Shown here: piece by piece, positions 8,418 through 18,209 of the stretch
How the letters are laid out: every line of letters begins with the position of its first letter
Numbering within the stretch: position 1 is the first letter of the stretch
Assembly (NCBI GenBank): GCA_034190325.1
Contig: JAXHST010000081.1
Location: forward strand, 1 to 61,537
From: Thermoplasmatota archaeon
Lineage (GTDB): Archaea > Thermoplasmatota > UBA186 > UBA287
Length of the DNA stretch: 61,537 bases
Direction: 5' to 3'
Notes under the pieces: model-generated
What the model was told of the DNA's origin: nothing
Database searches by the model: none
What the model saw: the letters and a program-made list of their open reading frames with translations, nothing else
Made by a program: the position numbers and the translations under genes

Positions 8418-8887
8418 CCGAACTTTCGCAAAAGAGCTTTTCTCTCTTCTTTCTTATCCTCATTCTCTACTCCTTCAGGTTTATACCCATCTATCACACC
8501 AAGGATTCCTCCCCCCTGTGCGGTCTCGCAAACTATAACCTCTAAAGGATTGGCAGTTGCGCAGTATATAGTGCATACTTCAGGAACGCTTTTCAGCCAG
8601 TTCAGCAAATTTATGGGAAAAGCCTCTCCCAGCAGAATGACAAATATGTGTCCTGCACCTATGTCTAAGGCTATCCTGCACGCCTGGTCTGTAAGCTCTC
8701 CATCATTCCCCTCCCATCTCACAAGGCAATCGCCAGAAGCTTCATTGAATGCTATTCCGAAACTGCAGGAAGGCACCGCATTTTTTATTGCTTCATAGAG
8801 ATCCTCTATGCTCTTTATGAAGTGCGTCTGCCCTATGATTATGTTTGTTCCTTCCGGCTTTTCCACCGGGATCACTTTTATTTCCAT
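8405..8887 (-). CDS. Adenosine-specific kinase family protein (PF04008-like)
   Basis: Full-length pattern typical of this archaeal family: MEIKVIPVEKPEGTNIIIGQTHFIKSIEDL...GAGHIFVILLGEAFPINLLN...LGVIDGYKPEGVE...RKFGYKL. Confidence 0.6.
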   Translation of the reverse strand: MEIKVIPVEKPEGTNIIIGQTHFIKSIEDLYEAIKNAVPSCSFGIAFNEASGDCLVRWEGNDGELTDQACRIALDIGAGHIFVILLGEAFPINLLNWLKSVPEVCTIYCATANPLEVIVCETAQGGGILGVIDGYKPEGVENEDKKEERKALLRKFGYKL

Positions 8888-9036
8888 ATGTGGTTAAATG
8901 ACGCTTTGTTTATTAATCTTTTTTATCTTTTGATTTTCAATAGCGCATCCAACATCTTTGTTTATACATAAGGCTGAGAAGCTCTTTAAACACAAACTAT
9001 TTAAATAGGGGATGTTATATATTTTGAGGTGAAAAA

Positions 9037-9600
9037 ATGTCCAGGGTGGAGAGAGAAATTCTTGAAAAGCACGGGATAGACATGAACGTGCTGATGGAAA
9101 AGTTGAGGAAGGCTGCGGCTTCGGAGCTTCTGACTTACTACTACTATACTCTGATACGCTATAATCTCGCAGGGCCAGATGCTGAGGCGGCGAAGGAGAT
9201 AGCGGAGGATGCAAGGCTTGAGGACAGATGCCACTTTGAGATCCTGGTACAGAGGATCTATGAGCTGGGAGGTGAGCTCTACAACACGCTGAGAGAGCTT
9301 GAGGAAGATGCTGGCTGCAAGAGTCCTTACTTACCAGAGAATAGAGACACAAAGTCCCTGCTAAAGGTGCTGCTTGATGCTGAGAGGTGCGCTGAGAGGA
9401 TATATCATGATCTCTGCGATTACACATTCGGCAAGGATCCGGTGACCTATGATTACTCTTTAGCCATATTGCACGAAGAGGTTGAGCATGAAGCATGGTT
9501 TGAAGAGCTATTAGACATGGGCAAGAGCGGGCATTTCAGGAGAAGGTATCCCGGAGAGAGCCCCTTCACAAAGAAGTTCAGACACATAGAGAAGGACTAA
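9037..9600 (+). CDS. Dps-like (DPSL) ferritin-superfamily protein
   Basis: Four-helix ferritin-like pattern with metal-ligand-type residues (ASELLTYYYY..., EDARLEDRCHFEIL, HEEVEHEAWF). GAGGTGA RBS. Confidence 0.65.
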   Translation: MSRVEREILEKHGIDMNVLMEKLRKAAASELLTYYYYTLIRYNLAGPDAEAAKEIAEDARLEDRCHFEILVQRIYELGGELYNTLRELEEDAGCKSPYLPENRDTKSLLKVLLDAERCAERIYHDLCDYTFGKDPVTYDYSLAILHEEVEHEAWFEELLDMGKSGHFRRRYPGESPFTKKFRHIEKD

Positions 9601-10400
9601 GCCAGAGCTACATCGAGCAACATCATAACCGCAAAGCCGAGGAAGGCTCCCATTGTTGCTATGTCCGGGTTCTCCCTCTCTGCCTCCGGCACAACTTCCT
9701 CTATAACCACAAATATCATAGCTCCTGCGGCGAAAGCTAGGGCATATGGTAAAATAGCTCTGGCGCTTATTGCTATTGCAGCGCCTGTAACACCAGCAAT
9801 AGGCTCAACAATGGCTGATAGCTGCCCATAGAAAAAGCTCTTTTTTACGCTCAGGTGCTCTCTGCGCAGAGGAAAAGAGACCGCAAGACCTTCAGGAAAG
9901 TTCTGTATGCCTATGCCGATAGCCAGGGCTATCGCTGTAAGGGTTGTGTAGCCCTCCAATCCCGCAGCCGCGGCGCCGAAAGCAACACCGACCGCCAGGC
10001 CTTCAGGTATGTTGTGCATGGTTATCGCAAGCACCAGAAGGGTAGTTTTGCTCCACGAAGTTTTCACCCCCTCTCTCTCATTGATCGATGCCCCCAGGTG
10101 CAGGTGAGGCATCACCATGTCCAAGATCCTTAGCGTAATGCCGCCGAGCAGAAAGCCTACTAACGCAGGCAACCATGGTGCAGCACCAATCTCTGAAGAT
10201 AGCTCTATCGCAGGTGCAAGCAGCGACCAGTAACTTGCGGCCAGCATCACCCCGGCTGCAAAGCCAAGCATAGCGTCAAGCAATTTTTTGCTCGGCTCTT
10301 TTAATAAAAAAACAAAAGCAGCGCCCAACGCTGTCAGAGCCCATGTGAAGCATGTTGCCAGAAGTGCCTGAAGAACAGGGTTCATGCTCTTTAGCTGCAT
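9597..10400 (-). CDS. zupT: ZIP family divalent metal transporter (ZupT-like)
   Basis: Multi-TM protein with ZIP signatures (HNIPEGLAVG, IGIQNFPEGLAVS). Start could be the downstream Met (MNPVLQ). Confidence 0.75.
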   Translation of the reverse strand: MQLKSMNPVLQALLATCFTWALTALGAAFVFLLKEPSKKLLDAMLGFAAGVMLAASYWSLLAPAIELSSEIGAAPWLPALVGFLLGGITLRILDMVMPHLHLGASINEREGVKTSWSKTTLLVLAITMHNIPEGLAVGVAFGAAAAGLEGYTTLTAIALAIGIGIQNFPEGLAVSFPLRREHLSVKKSFFYGQLSAIVEPIAGVTGAAIAISARAILPYALAFAAGAMIFVVIEEVVPEAERENPDIATMGAFLGFAVMMLLDVALA

Positions 10401-10459
10401 CTCATATAATAAAACTATCTATGGCGCAACTCTATTAAAGAGAGAGATGTCTTATCTCT

Positions 10460-11095
10460 GTGCGATTTACCAGAAAGAGCCTATCAAGGTTCAATGGAAG
10501 GGATGGCATGCCTGCTTACATCGCATTTGAGGGCAAGGTTTATGATGTCTCTGAGAGCCCTTTATGGCGCAATGGAAAGCATCAGGTGGTGCATGAAGCT
10601 GGAAGAGATCTTACTGGAGAGCTAGATAAAGCACCGCACGATAAGGAAATGCTTGATAAATTTCCTGTAGTAGGGGAATTTCTGTGGTATGAGGAGATCG
10701 AGCACACAGCAGATGCAGGGATAAGAGCTTATGGTGCAACAATAGACGAGCTTTTTGAGAACTGTGCTTATGGAATGCACTCAATAATGTTAGAAAACTA
10801 TGATGTTTCTAAATCTAAAGAAGGATCTTTTGATTTTGAGCTTGAGAGTGATACCCTAGAGGCCCTCCTGGTGAAATGGTTGAACGAGCTTCTTTTCTAT
10901 TTTGAAACAAAATCTTTAGTATTCTCCGATTTTGTGGTTAAGCTCAATAAAAAGTTAAAGGCAAAGGCCTCCTTTGAGGAGTATGATGAAAAAAAGCATG
11001 GTTATGCAACCCTGATAAAGGCCGTAACTTACCATAACCTGGAGATAAGAAAAGAGAAAGATATTTATGTAGTAGAGGTAATATTTGACGTTTAG
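10460..11095 (+). CDS. Fusion: cytochrome b5-like heme/steroid-binding domain plus archease
   Basis: GTG start. The N-terminal ~75 aa match the small b5-like family (FNGRDGMPAYIAFEGKVYDVSESPLWRNGKH...HEAGRDLT). The remainder is archease (YEEIEHTADAGIRAYG...WLNELLFYFE...IKAVTYHNLEI...VEVIFDV). Confidence 0.75.
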   Translation: MRFTRKSLSRFNGRDGMPAYIAFEGKVYDVSESPLWRNGKHQVVHEAGRDLTGELDKAPHDKEMLDKFPVVGEFLWYEEIEHTADAGIRAYGATIDELFENCAYGMHSIMLENYDVSKSKEGSFDFELESDTLEALLVKWLNELLFYFETKSLVFSDFVVKLNKKLKAKASFEEYDEKKHGYATLIKAVTYHNLEIRKEKDIYVVEVIFDV

Positions 11096-11103
11096 GTGAC
11101 AGG

Positions 11104-12507
11104 ATGAAATTGAAAAAGATAGGCGAATGCAGATATGAGATACCGGTAGACTACAAAGCCGGAATGAGGGTTCCCGGGCTCATATTCGCAAATGAAAGTA
11201 TGGTAGAGAATGTATCAGAGGCTGTCGAGCAGGTAGCGAATGTTGCCACATTGCCAGGGGTGTTAAAGCATTCATTAGCAATGCCAGATATGCACTGGGG
11301 TTATGGCTTCCCTATAGGCGGGGTAGCGGCTATGTCTCCTGAGAACGGTGTTATAAGCCCCGGAGGCGTAGGTTTTGACATAAACTGTGGCGTCAGACTC
11401 CTTGTCTCTGATGTTCCATATGAGGACATCAAAGGAAAGCTCAGAGATCTGGTTGACAGGATATTCAAAGAAGTGCCAAGTGGTGTAGGATCAAAGGGAA
11501 AGCTAAGGCTGAGCCCCGAGGAGTTGAAAAAGCTTGTGGTAGATGGCGCCTCATGGGCTATAGATGGAGGTTATGGTTACGCTGAGGATCTAAAATGCAT
11601 AGAGGAAGATGGGTGCATGAAGGATGCTGATGCAGATGTAATAAGTAAGAGAGCGATTCAGCGGGGAGCCCCGGAGGTAGGAACTCTGGGCGCGGGCAAC
11701 CACTTCCTTGAGATCCAGAAGGTTGATAAGATATATGATGAGAGGATAGCAAAGGCTTTTGGCCTCTTTGAAGGTCAGATAACCGTGATGATTCACACAG
11801 GTTCAAGGGGCTTCGGTCACCAGGTATGCACTGATTTTCTTGAGGTTATGGAAAAAGCATCTAAAGATTATGGTATAACTCTTGCCGATAGACAGTTAGC
11901 CTGCGCTCCTATTGAGAGCAATGAAGCGCAGAATTACTATGGCGCTATGTGCTGCGCAGCCAACTATGCATGGGCAAACAGACAGATTATAACGCACTGG
12001 GTTAGAGAGAGCTTTGATGGAGAACTCAGAGTGCTTTATGACGTTGCACACAACATTGCTAAATTTGAAGAGCATGATGTTGATGGTAAAAACGTCAGGT
12101 GCTGCGTTCATAGAAAGGGAGCAACCAGAGCCTTTTATGACAGAAGCGAAATACCGCAGATTTACAGGGCTGTGGGGCAGCCCGTGCTCATACCCGGGGA
12201 TATGGGGACTGCTAGCTATGTCCTTGTTGGAACCGAGCAGGCTATGAAAGAAACCTTCGGCTCAACATGCCATGGAGCAGGAAGGGTTTTGAGCAGGCAT
12301 CAGGCTCTGAGGGATCTAACATATGAAGGCGTGAACTCGGAGTTGAGGGGCAAAGGCATATATCTGAGAGCTGCCAGCAAAAAGGTTGCTGTTGAAGAAG
12401 CGCCTGAGGCTTACAAGAGGGTTGATGAGGTTGTTGACGTATGCGAGAAGGCAGGGATCTCAAAGATTGTTGCAAGGATGGTGCCATTGGGTGTAGTGAA
12501 GGGCTAG
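11104..12507 (+). CDS. rtcB: RNA-splicing ligase RtcB (no intein)
   Basis: Hallmark motifs PDMHWGYGFPIGGV, GFDINCGVR, LGAGNHFLE, HTGSRGFGHQ, HGAGR. 467 aa. Confidence 0.95.
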   Translation: MKLKKIGECRYEIPVDYKAGMRVPGLIFANESMVENVSEAVEQVANVATLPGVLKHSLAMPDMHWGYGFPIGGVAAMSPENGVISPGGVGFDINCGVRLLVSDVPYEDIKGKLRDLVDRIFKEVPSGVGSKGKLRLSPEELKKLVVDGASWAIDGGYGYAEDLKCIEEDGCMKDADADVISKRAIQRGAPEVGTLGAGNHFLEIQKVDKIYDERIAKAFGLFEGQITVMIHTGSRGFGHQVCTDFLEVMEKASKDYGITLADRQLACAPIESNEAQNYYGAMCCAANYAWANRQIITHWVRESFDGELRVLYDVAHNIAKFEEHDVDGKNVRCCVHRKGATRAFYDRSEIPQIYRAVGQPVLIPGDMGTASYVLVGTEQAMKETFGSTCHGAGRVLSRHQALRDLTYEGVNSELRGKGIYLRAASKKVAVEEAPEAYKRVDEVVDVCEKAGISKIVARMVPLGVVKG

Positions 12508-13163
12508 AGAGCTATAGCTCCATTCTTTAGCACAGGGCAAACGTCAAAAGCATCTTTCTGCAAGCAAAAGCCAATATCTTTCTCAAACCCATGCTCTTTT
12601 AGCCTCTTTGCTCCTGAACAAGCCATTACATCCTCTTCCTTAACTCTCTTAGCTAAAATAGCAAAGTCGTTCGCTGGCTTAAGAGGCTCTGCTATGCACC
12701 CTGCGCCATAGAGATCCTCAAGGGCAAATTCTTTGGCCTCCAAGCCGCAGCAAACAAGGCATACTTGCGTATAGCCCTCTCTTTCCATTTTTTCCTTCAC
12801 AGCGCTTGCATTGAGGACTGAGCCTATCAAAACGTTTTTTCTCATAAGCGCTCTTATCACCTTCGTGCCAGCGCTTGTGCGATGCACTATTGTTTTTCCT
12901 TTTATGCTTTCATCCAGCGCAGATGGAGAGTTGTTCATGTCGAAGCCCCTTATGCTTTTCGTTCTGCTCTCTCCAGCCAGCAATACCTTTTCTTTTGTTT
13001 GTTCTTTCAATTGAAAGGCCTCTTTTGTCGTCTGCGCAGGGATAATTTTTTTTGCTCCAAGAGCCAGAGCTGTTACCATAAAGCTTGTAGCCCTGAACAC
13101 ATCTATAACAACATAGCAATCTGCGCTCTCTTCAGCTCTGGAAAACCATACAACCTTAAACAA
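12504..13163 (-). CDS. comB: 2-phosphosulfolactate phosphatase family protein (ComB-like)
   Basis: N-terminal VVIDVFRATS motif and overall ComB-like layout. 8 nt overlap with upstream xpt. Confidence 0.65.
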   Translation of the reverse strand: MFKVVWFSRAEESADCYVVIDVFRATSFMVTALALGAKKIIPAQTTKEAFQLKEQTKEKVLLAGESRTKSIRGFDMNNSPSALDESIKGKTIVHRTSAGTKVIRALMRKNVLIGSVLNASAVKEKMEREGYTQVCLVCCGLEAKEFALEDLYGAGCIAEPLKPANDFAILAKRVKEEDVMACSGAKRLKEHGFEKDIGFCLQKDAFDVCPVLKNGAIAL

Positions 13164-13737
13164 AGGTTATGCCCCCCTTTATGCTTTTTATTTTAACAAG
13201 CGTATAGGGGTCAATCTTTAAGCGCTCTCTGCCCCCTTCAAAGCACTTTTCTATTATGGCGCAATATCCGCAGAGCTCTGCCTTTGCCTCTTTTACCATC
13301 TCCATCAGGGCTAAGCATGTCGAGCCGCTCGCCAAGAAATCATCCACTATCAGCACTCTATCCTTCTCATTCAGATATCTTTTTGATATGGCGAGAGGTA
13401 TCTTTTCTCCTCTGGTAACAGAGTATGCCTCTCTGAAATAAACGTCTGAGCCAAGGGTTTTTGGCAGCTTTTTCTTAGCGTAGAGCATGGGCACTTTGAG
13501 ATGGAAAGCTGTGAAGCACGCGGGGGGTATACCGCTAGCTTCGACCGTTAAAACCTTGGTTGCTGAGGGAAATTTTTCTGCGAAATCCATGCCTATCTCA
13601 TCCATTATCTCCATATCCACAAGGTGATTTATGAATCCGGCAACATTTATTATGTTGGGCTCAACTATTATGGCATCCTTTTTTATTCTCTCTTTGATCC
13701 TTTCTTTTAGCTCCATAAATAGAATGTTATTCTTCAT
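13156..13737 (-). CDS. xpt: Xanthine phosphoribosyltransferase
   Basis: Collinear with bacterial Xpt (VAGFINHLVD..., VEASGIPPA, PRPP loop VLIVDDFLASGST, IIEKCFEGGRE). Confidence 0.7.
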   Translation of the reverse strand: MKNNILFMELKERIKERIKKDAIIVEPNIINVAGFINHLVDMEIMDEIGMDFAEKFPSATKVLTVEASGIPPACFTAFHLKVPMLYAKKKLPKTLGSDVYFREAYSVTRGEKIPLAISKRYLNEKDRVLIVDDFLASGSTCLALMEMVKEAKAELCGYCAIIEKCFEGGRERLKIDPYTLVKIKSIKGGITFV

Positions 13738-13807
13738 TAAATCTGTTTGTTTTGATTATATCGCAGGCAAAGAACAATGATAATATAGTGGGAACTCATT
13801 TAGGTAT

Positions 13808-15964
13808 ATGCGGTTCTTTTTCATAGATCACCCTAAAAGTGCCGTTCTGATTTTTGCCCTTATAACTTTAACACTATCTTTGCCCATATCTCAGATGAGG
13901 ATAGAAACAGATATGACCGCCTATCTGCCATCCGATGTTCCTGTTGTGCAGGCATTGAATGAAGTTGCGAGCAACTGGGCTACAGAGTATTACATCCTGC
14001 TCATAAAGTCCGACAACGTGCTGGATAGAGAGGTGCTTGATGAGATGCAGCGTGTGGAATCCATGGTTAATCCGGATGTTAATGACGGGGGTTTGAGGGA
14101 TGGCGTTGTCTATACAATGTCAATATCCTCTGTTCTATCCATAATGCCTTTTGATGTGAGTCCACAATCAATAATCTCTATTCTCCCATCAGAGATAACA
14201 GGGATGCTTGTGAACGAAGACATGACGCAAACAGCCATGCTCGTTGGGGTCTATCCATTCGCAAACAGAACGGCTCTAACACAGCGCATCAGAGCAGTTG
14301 TGGAGGACTCATCTCTAAACATCTCCATTACAGGTTTACCCGTAATATCTGAGGAGGTAACGGTATGGGCATATGACCAGATGTACATCATCTTGCTTGT
14401 CGTCATAATTCTATTTGCAGTGATATATGCATTTCATAGAACCATAAAGAGCATATTCATATGTCTCATTCCAAGTATCCTTGCCATGGCTCAAACCTAC
14501 GGGCTCTTAGTTCTGTCACGTGTCACTTTAACCCCCGAAATAGTCCTGCTTGTAGCTCCTATGTCTCTCGCGCTTGGGGTTAACTATGCAATATACCTCA
14601 TGGAAAGGTTTTCATCAACAAATAGCGCAGATGCTAAAGAAAGATTATACAAGACCGTAAGAACTACAGGCATTGCGATCCTTCTGTCAGCGCTCACAAC
14701 AATTGTTGGCTTTGTCTCATTAGTATTCGGGATTCTTCCGAGCGTTAGAGTTCTGGGCATAGCGCTTGTTATGGCAATATCTCTTGTTTTCATATCAACT
14801 GCCATGCTGGTACCTGCACTGATACTGATACTGAAGTATGAAAAGAGGGGTTCATCCCACCTGTGGCAAAGCCTCAGCGAGTACCCCATCAAACACGCTA
14901 AAGCAATAGTCTCTGTGATACTCATTTTTACCATAGCCTCTCTATTCTGCATCACCACAGTATCCACCAGTGCAAACTACATGGAGATGGTCCCTGAGAC
15001 CATACCTTCTATAAATACAATGATGGACTACTCAAAAAACATGTCCTCAAGCGCCCAGCCAAACATGATGCTGGTTAAGGGAAATATTACTGATGTCAGA
15101 GCTTTGAAAGCTCTTGATAACTTCATAAATGAGCTCAACACGATAGAAAATGTCTCAGCCTTTGGCATACCAGCGGTCTATAGAGCAATATGGGAGAATA
15201 CCCCCCTTTTCCCGGAGCTCTACGGCTCTTTTCCATCAGAGCAGTGGCAGATCAACATCTTAAACCACCTTATGACCAGCTTTGCTGGTGATGAGATTCT
15301 CAGCACGTTTGTCAGCGGCAATAGCACCATAATAATGGTTAACACACCAATGATGGGTATAGAGGAGAGCACAAGGATTGTCACAGAGATAAACAGGCTC
15401 ATTAATGAGACGAGCATACCTGGCTGTGAGATATCTCAGCTCACTGGCTCGGTAGCTCTCACAGTTGAGATAAACAACATGCTGCTGACCAACCAGCAGA
15501 GAACCCTCATAATATCCTTAATACTCATATTCTTTATGGTTACCCTCATTTTCAGATCTTTGAAGCTTGGACTGCTTGTTATGATTCCACCTGTGCTTGT
15601 TGTGGCGTGGGAGCCTCTTCTTCTTTTCCTGATCAACATACCTCTCTCTCTCATAACAATAAGCCTTGGCTCTATAATGATCGGTATCGGGGTAGATTAT
15701 GGGATTGAAATAGTTCAGAGGGCACGCGATGAGGGTATGGGTATAAAAGGGATGGAAACCAGCATAAGACACACAGGTATGGCTTTGACGCAGGCTGTTG
15801 TGACAGAGGTCTTTGGTCTTGCGCCGGCTCTTCTTATAGAGATAACTCCGGTAAGGCAGTTTATCCTTTTGCTTATGCTCATGATAGCTACAGCTTATAT
15901 GTTTGCAGTGTTTTTCTTACCTGCCGTCTATTCTCTGTTTAGGAGGGAGCATGGAGGAGTTTAA
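13808..15964 (+). CDS. MMPL/RND-superfamily membrane transporter
   Basis: 718 aa. Two blocks of about 5-6 TM helices, each preceded by a large extracytoplasmic domain, typical of MMPL-type exporters. Confidence 0.65.
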   Translation: MRFFFIDHPKSAVLIFALITLTLSLPISQMRIETDMTAYLPSDVPVVQALNEVASNWATEYYILLIKSDNVLDREVLDEMQRVESMVNPDVNDGGLRDGVVYTMSISSVLSIMPFDVSPQSIISILPSEITGMLVNEDMTQTAMLVGVYPFANRTALTQRIRAVVEDSSLNISITGLPVISEEVTVWAYDQMYIILLVVIILFAVIYAFHRTIKSIFICLIPSILAMAQTYGLLVLSRVTLTPEIVLLVAPMSLALGVNYAIYLMERFSSTNSADAKERLYKTVRTTGIAILLSALTTIVGFVSLVFGILPSVRVLGIALVMAISLVFISTAMLVPALILILKYEKRGSSHLWQSLSEYPIKHAKAIVSVILIFTIASLFCITTVSTSANYMEMVPETIPSINTMMDYSKNMSSSAQPNMMLVKGNITDVRALKALDNFINELNTIENVSAFGIPAVYRAIWENTPLFPELYGSFPSEQWQINILNHLMTSFAGDEILSTFVSGNSTIIMVNTPMMGIEESTRIVTEINRLINETSIPGCEISQLTGSVALTVEINNMLLTNQQRTLIISLILIFFMVTLIFRSLKLGLLVMIPPVLVVAWEPLLLFLINIPLSLITISLGSIMIGIGVDYGIEIVQRARDEGMGIKGMETSIRHTGMALTQAVVTEVFGLAPALLIEITPVRQFILLLMLMIATAYMFAVFFLPAVYSLFRREHGGV

Positions 15965-16595
15965 GAGAGCAGCTGCAGAAGAGGCTGTTGAGCTAATAGA
16001 AGATGGCATGGTTGTTGGTCTTGGCACAGGAAGCACCGTGAGCTATGCTATAAAGAGGATAGGTGAGATGAAGAAGATAACAGGGGTGCCCACTTCCATA
16101 GAAACTGAAAAACTCGCAAAAAAGTATGGAATCAGGATAGGAAACGTGGAGGACTTTGATGTTATAGACATTGATATAGATGGCGCTGACGAAATCGATA
16201 GATCTTTAAATCTCTCGAAGGGCTTGGGTGGTGCCCTCTACAGAGAGAAGGTTGTTGCACTGATGAGCAGGACCTTTGTTGTTGTGGCTGATGAGAGCAA
16301 ACTTGTTGGATCTCTGGGTGAGAAGGCTCCTGTATCTGTAGAGCTCCTTCCTTTCGGGCATAAGAGAGCTATCAGAGCACTTCAATCTCTGGGTTGCAGA
16401 TGTGATATAAGGGAAAAGAGGAGTGATAATGGAAACATGCTTGTGAGCTGCTATTTCGGACCGATATCAGAGCCATCCTCTCTTGTTGAGGCGATAAAGA
16501 GCATAACTGGTGTTGTGGAGCATGGACTATTTATTGGTATGGCGAGCAAATGTTTCATCGGGGGGAGGAAAGGGGTTACAACTATGGAGAGGTAG
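15951..16595 (+). CDS. rpiA: Ribose-5-phosphate isomerase A
   Basis: MEEFKRAAAEEAVELIEDGMVVGLGTGSTV..., DGADEID, GGALYREK. Start at ATG 15951 after AGGAGGG; 14 nt overlap with the MMPL gene. Confidence 0.9.
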   Translation: MEEFKRAAAEEAVELIEDGMVVGLGTGSTVSYAIKRIGEMKKITGVPTSIETEKLAKKYGIRIGNVEDFDVIDIDIDGADEIDRSLNLSKGLGGALYREKVVALMSRTFVVVADESKLVGSLGEKAPVSVELLPFGHKRAIRALQSLGCRCDIREKRSDNGNMLVSCYFGPISEPSSLVEAIKSITGVVEHGLFIGMASKCFIGGRKGVTTMER

Positions 16596-16600
16596 CAGCC

Positions 16601-16613
16601 TTTTTTTCTTCTT
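16601..16613 (+). terminator. Oligo-T archaeal terminator candidate after rpiA
   Basis: TTTTTTTCTTCTT begins 6 nt after the rpiA stop. Confidence 0.4.
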
Positions 16614-16647
16614 CAGATCCTGCAGAATAACAGATATTCTTTTATGA

Positions 16648-16884
16648 TCATCTGGACTGTATGTCCCTGAGTCTTGCTTGAGCCATGAATGCCATAGCTA
16701 GAGTTCTGATTAGAGCATTCTCCTTCTTCAGCTCTTCAACAATCTTTTCTATTTCTTTTATATCATAGCTACTCTTGTAAGGAAGCTCTGCTTCTCTTAC
16801 CTTTCTGTTCATGAGGGCTTCTGCAGCCTCTCTACCCAAAGCATGAACGAATGCGCCAACAAGCTCATCTCTACTTACTCTCAT
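16648..16884 (-). CDS. Hypothetical small protein (78 aa) downstream of apgM
   Basis: ORF 29 nt downstream of apgM on the same strand. Helical, charged; no family recognised. Confidence 0.4.
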   Translation of the reverse strand: MRVSRDELVGAFVHALGREAAEALMNRKVREAELPYKSSYDIKEIEKIVEELKKENALIRTLAMAFMAQARLRDIQSR

Positions 16885-16913
16885 GTCAATATTATGTTTT
16901 GATTTTTGAATAT

Positions 16914-18152
16914 TTAATCTTTTACCTCTATGGGTATATCCATGAGGTTTAGAAGAGTTGGCATAACGTCTCTGCCCCTTATCCGTCCTATATTACCGTT
17001 TACGCATGAAAGTTCATCAAATTCTTTCACCTCATCTCTCCGTGCGTTTTTTGAAAAGAATAGAATGGGCGAAGCATCACCTGTTATAAGGCCGGTTGCT
17101 GTGGACCTTGTGTAGTCGCTGGTTACGCCTATTGTTGTCTCTTCTCCCACTTCCTGGAGCAGATAACCCAGAGCTGCATCTATGCGCTCTATGGCATCTA
17201 TCTTGCCCTGCACGTCTTTTTCTCTCCCGAATATATCTGACATTTTTATGTGGAGGAGCACAAAATGATAGTTTATCAGCCCTTCAATCACACCCTCCAT
17301 TTTTGCTATCAGATTGGTGTTTTTTCCCCCGGTGGCGCCCTCAACGCCTATGACATCCATCCCGCATAACCTTGAAACTCCCTTCACCAGGTAGTGCCCT
17401 GCAACGCAGGCTCCTTTTACTTTATATTTTTCATTGAAATTTTCTATCTTCGGAACCATCATTGGATCTCTCAGGATTAGAGCATTTGCTGGCAATTTTC
17501 TGCGCAATTTTCTGCGCCTATTGATGTCGCTATCCTTGAGCGTCTTTGTCGCATTTTCTACAAATTCGTTTAATATCTGAGCAGTGGTTTTCGCCTCTTC
17601 ACTACCATTGAGAGACTTGAAATGTGGTATACCTCCATTCGCCATAGCTTTTATCTGATTTGATAGCCCCTTCCCGTGCAGAGCAACTCCGCACTCACTC
17701 GTACCTATGCTCTTAGCTGCGCTTGTCACTTCATCAAAGGAATTGACAGATATGTGCACCCCATTTATATTCATCCCATCTAAGGTGAGCGCTAAAACTT
17801 TTCCCCCTTCTTCAAGTCCAGCATCCGGTTTTATCATCCTTCCTTCATCATCCATGCTGGCAAATGTGCCCCGAAGCGTTAAATCCCCGGGGTTTAGGCT
17901 TGACCCAAGGGCCGCGTTGACTACAGGAGAGAGCCCAGGATAATCTTTCAGATCATAACCGAGGATGGAGAAGATCGATATGGCTTCCCCGGGTTTTATT
18001 CCGGCTCTTATAGGATACATCAGACCATTGATCCCCTTGTTTGCGAGGTCGTTGAGGTTCCTTTTATATGCATACTGGAGAGGTGTCCTGTTGTCAAGCT
18101 TTGGCACAGGCCTGTCTGAAGAACCACTGATGATTATTAGTACGCTATTCAT
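16914..18152 (-). CDS. apgM: Cofactor-independent phosphoglycerate mutase, archaeal type
   Basis: 412 aa with an ApgM-like layout (N-terminal IIISGSSDRP...TPLQYA, C-terminal SDYTRST / metal-site-like motifs). Confidence 0.8.
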   Translation of the reverse strand: MNSVLIIISGSSDRPVPKLDNRTPLQYAYKRNLNDLANKGINGLMYPIRAGIKPGEAISIFSILGYDLKDYPGLSPVVNAALGSSLNPGDLTLRGTFASMDDEGRMIKPDAGLEEGGKVLALTLDGMNINGVHISVNSFDEVTSAAKSIGTSECGVALHGKGLSNQIKAMANGGIPHFKSLNGSEEAKTTAQILNEFVENATKTLKDSDINRRRKLRRKLPANALILRDPMMVPKIENFNEKYKVKGACVAGHYLVKGVSRLCGMDVIGVEGATGGKNTNLIAKMEGVIEGLINYHFVLLHIKMSDIFGREKDVQGKIDAIERIDAALGYLLQEVGEETTIGVTSDYTRSTATGLITGDASPILFFSKNARRDEVKEFDELSCVNGNIGRIRGRDVMPTLLNLMDIPIEVKD

Positions 18153-18209
18153 CTTTAATTATGTATTGAGTAGTTTATATAAAAAACTTTAGCTTAGATA
18201 GATTCAAAA

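Noticed and set aside
8894-9496. 200 aa ORF on the minus strand (MLHAQPLRAIW...), the longest ORF I did not call.
   Set aside because: It is entirely antisense to the well-supported Dps-like gene (9037..9600). It is rich in S/P/L/H/Q with no motif and has no RBS. This is a typical shadow ORF of a purine-rich coding strand.
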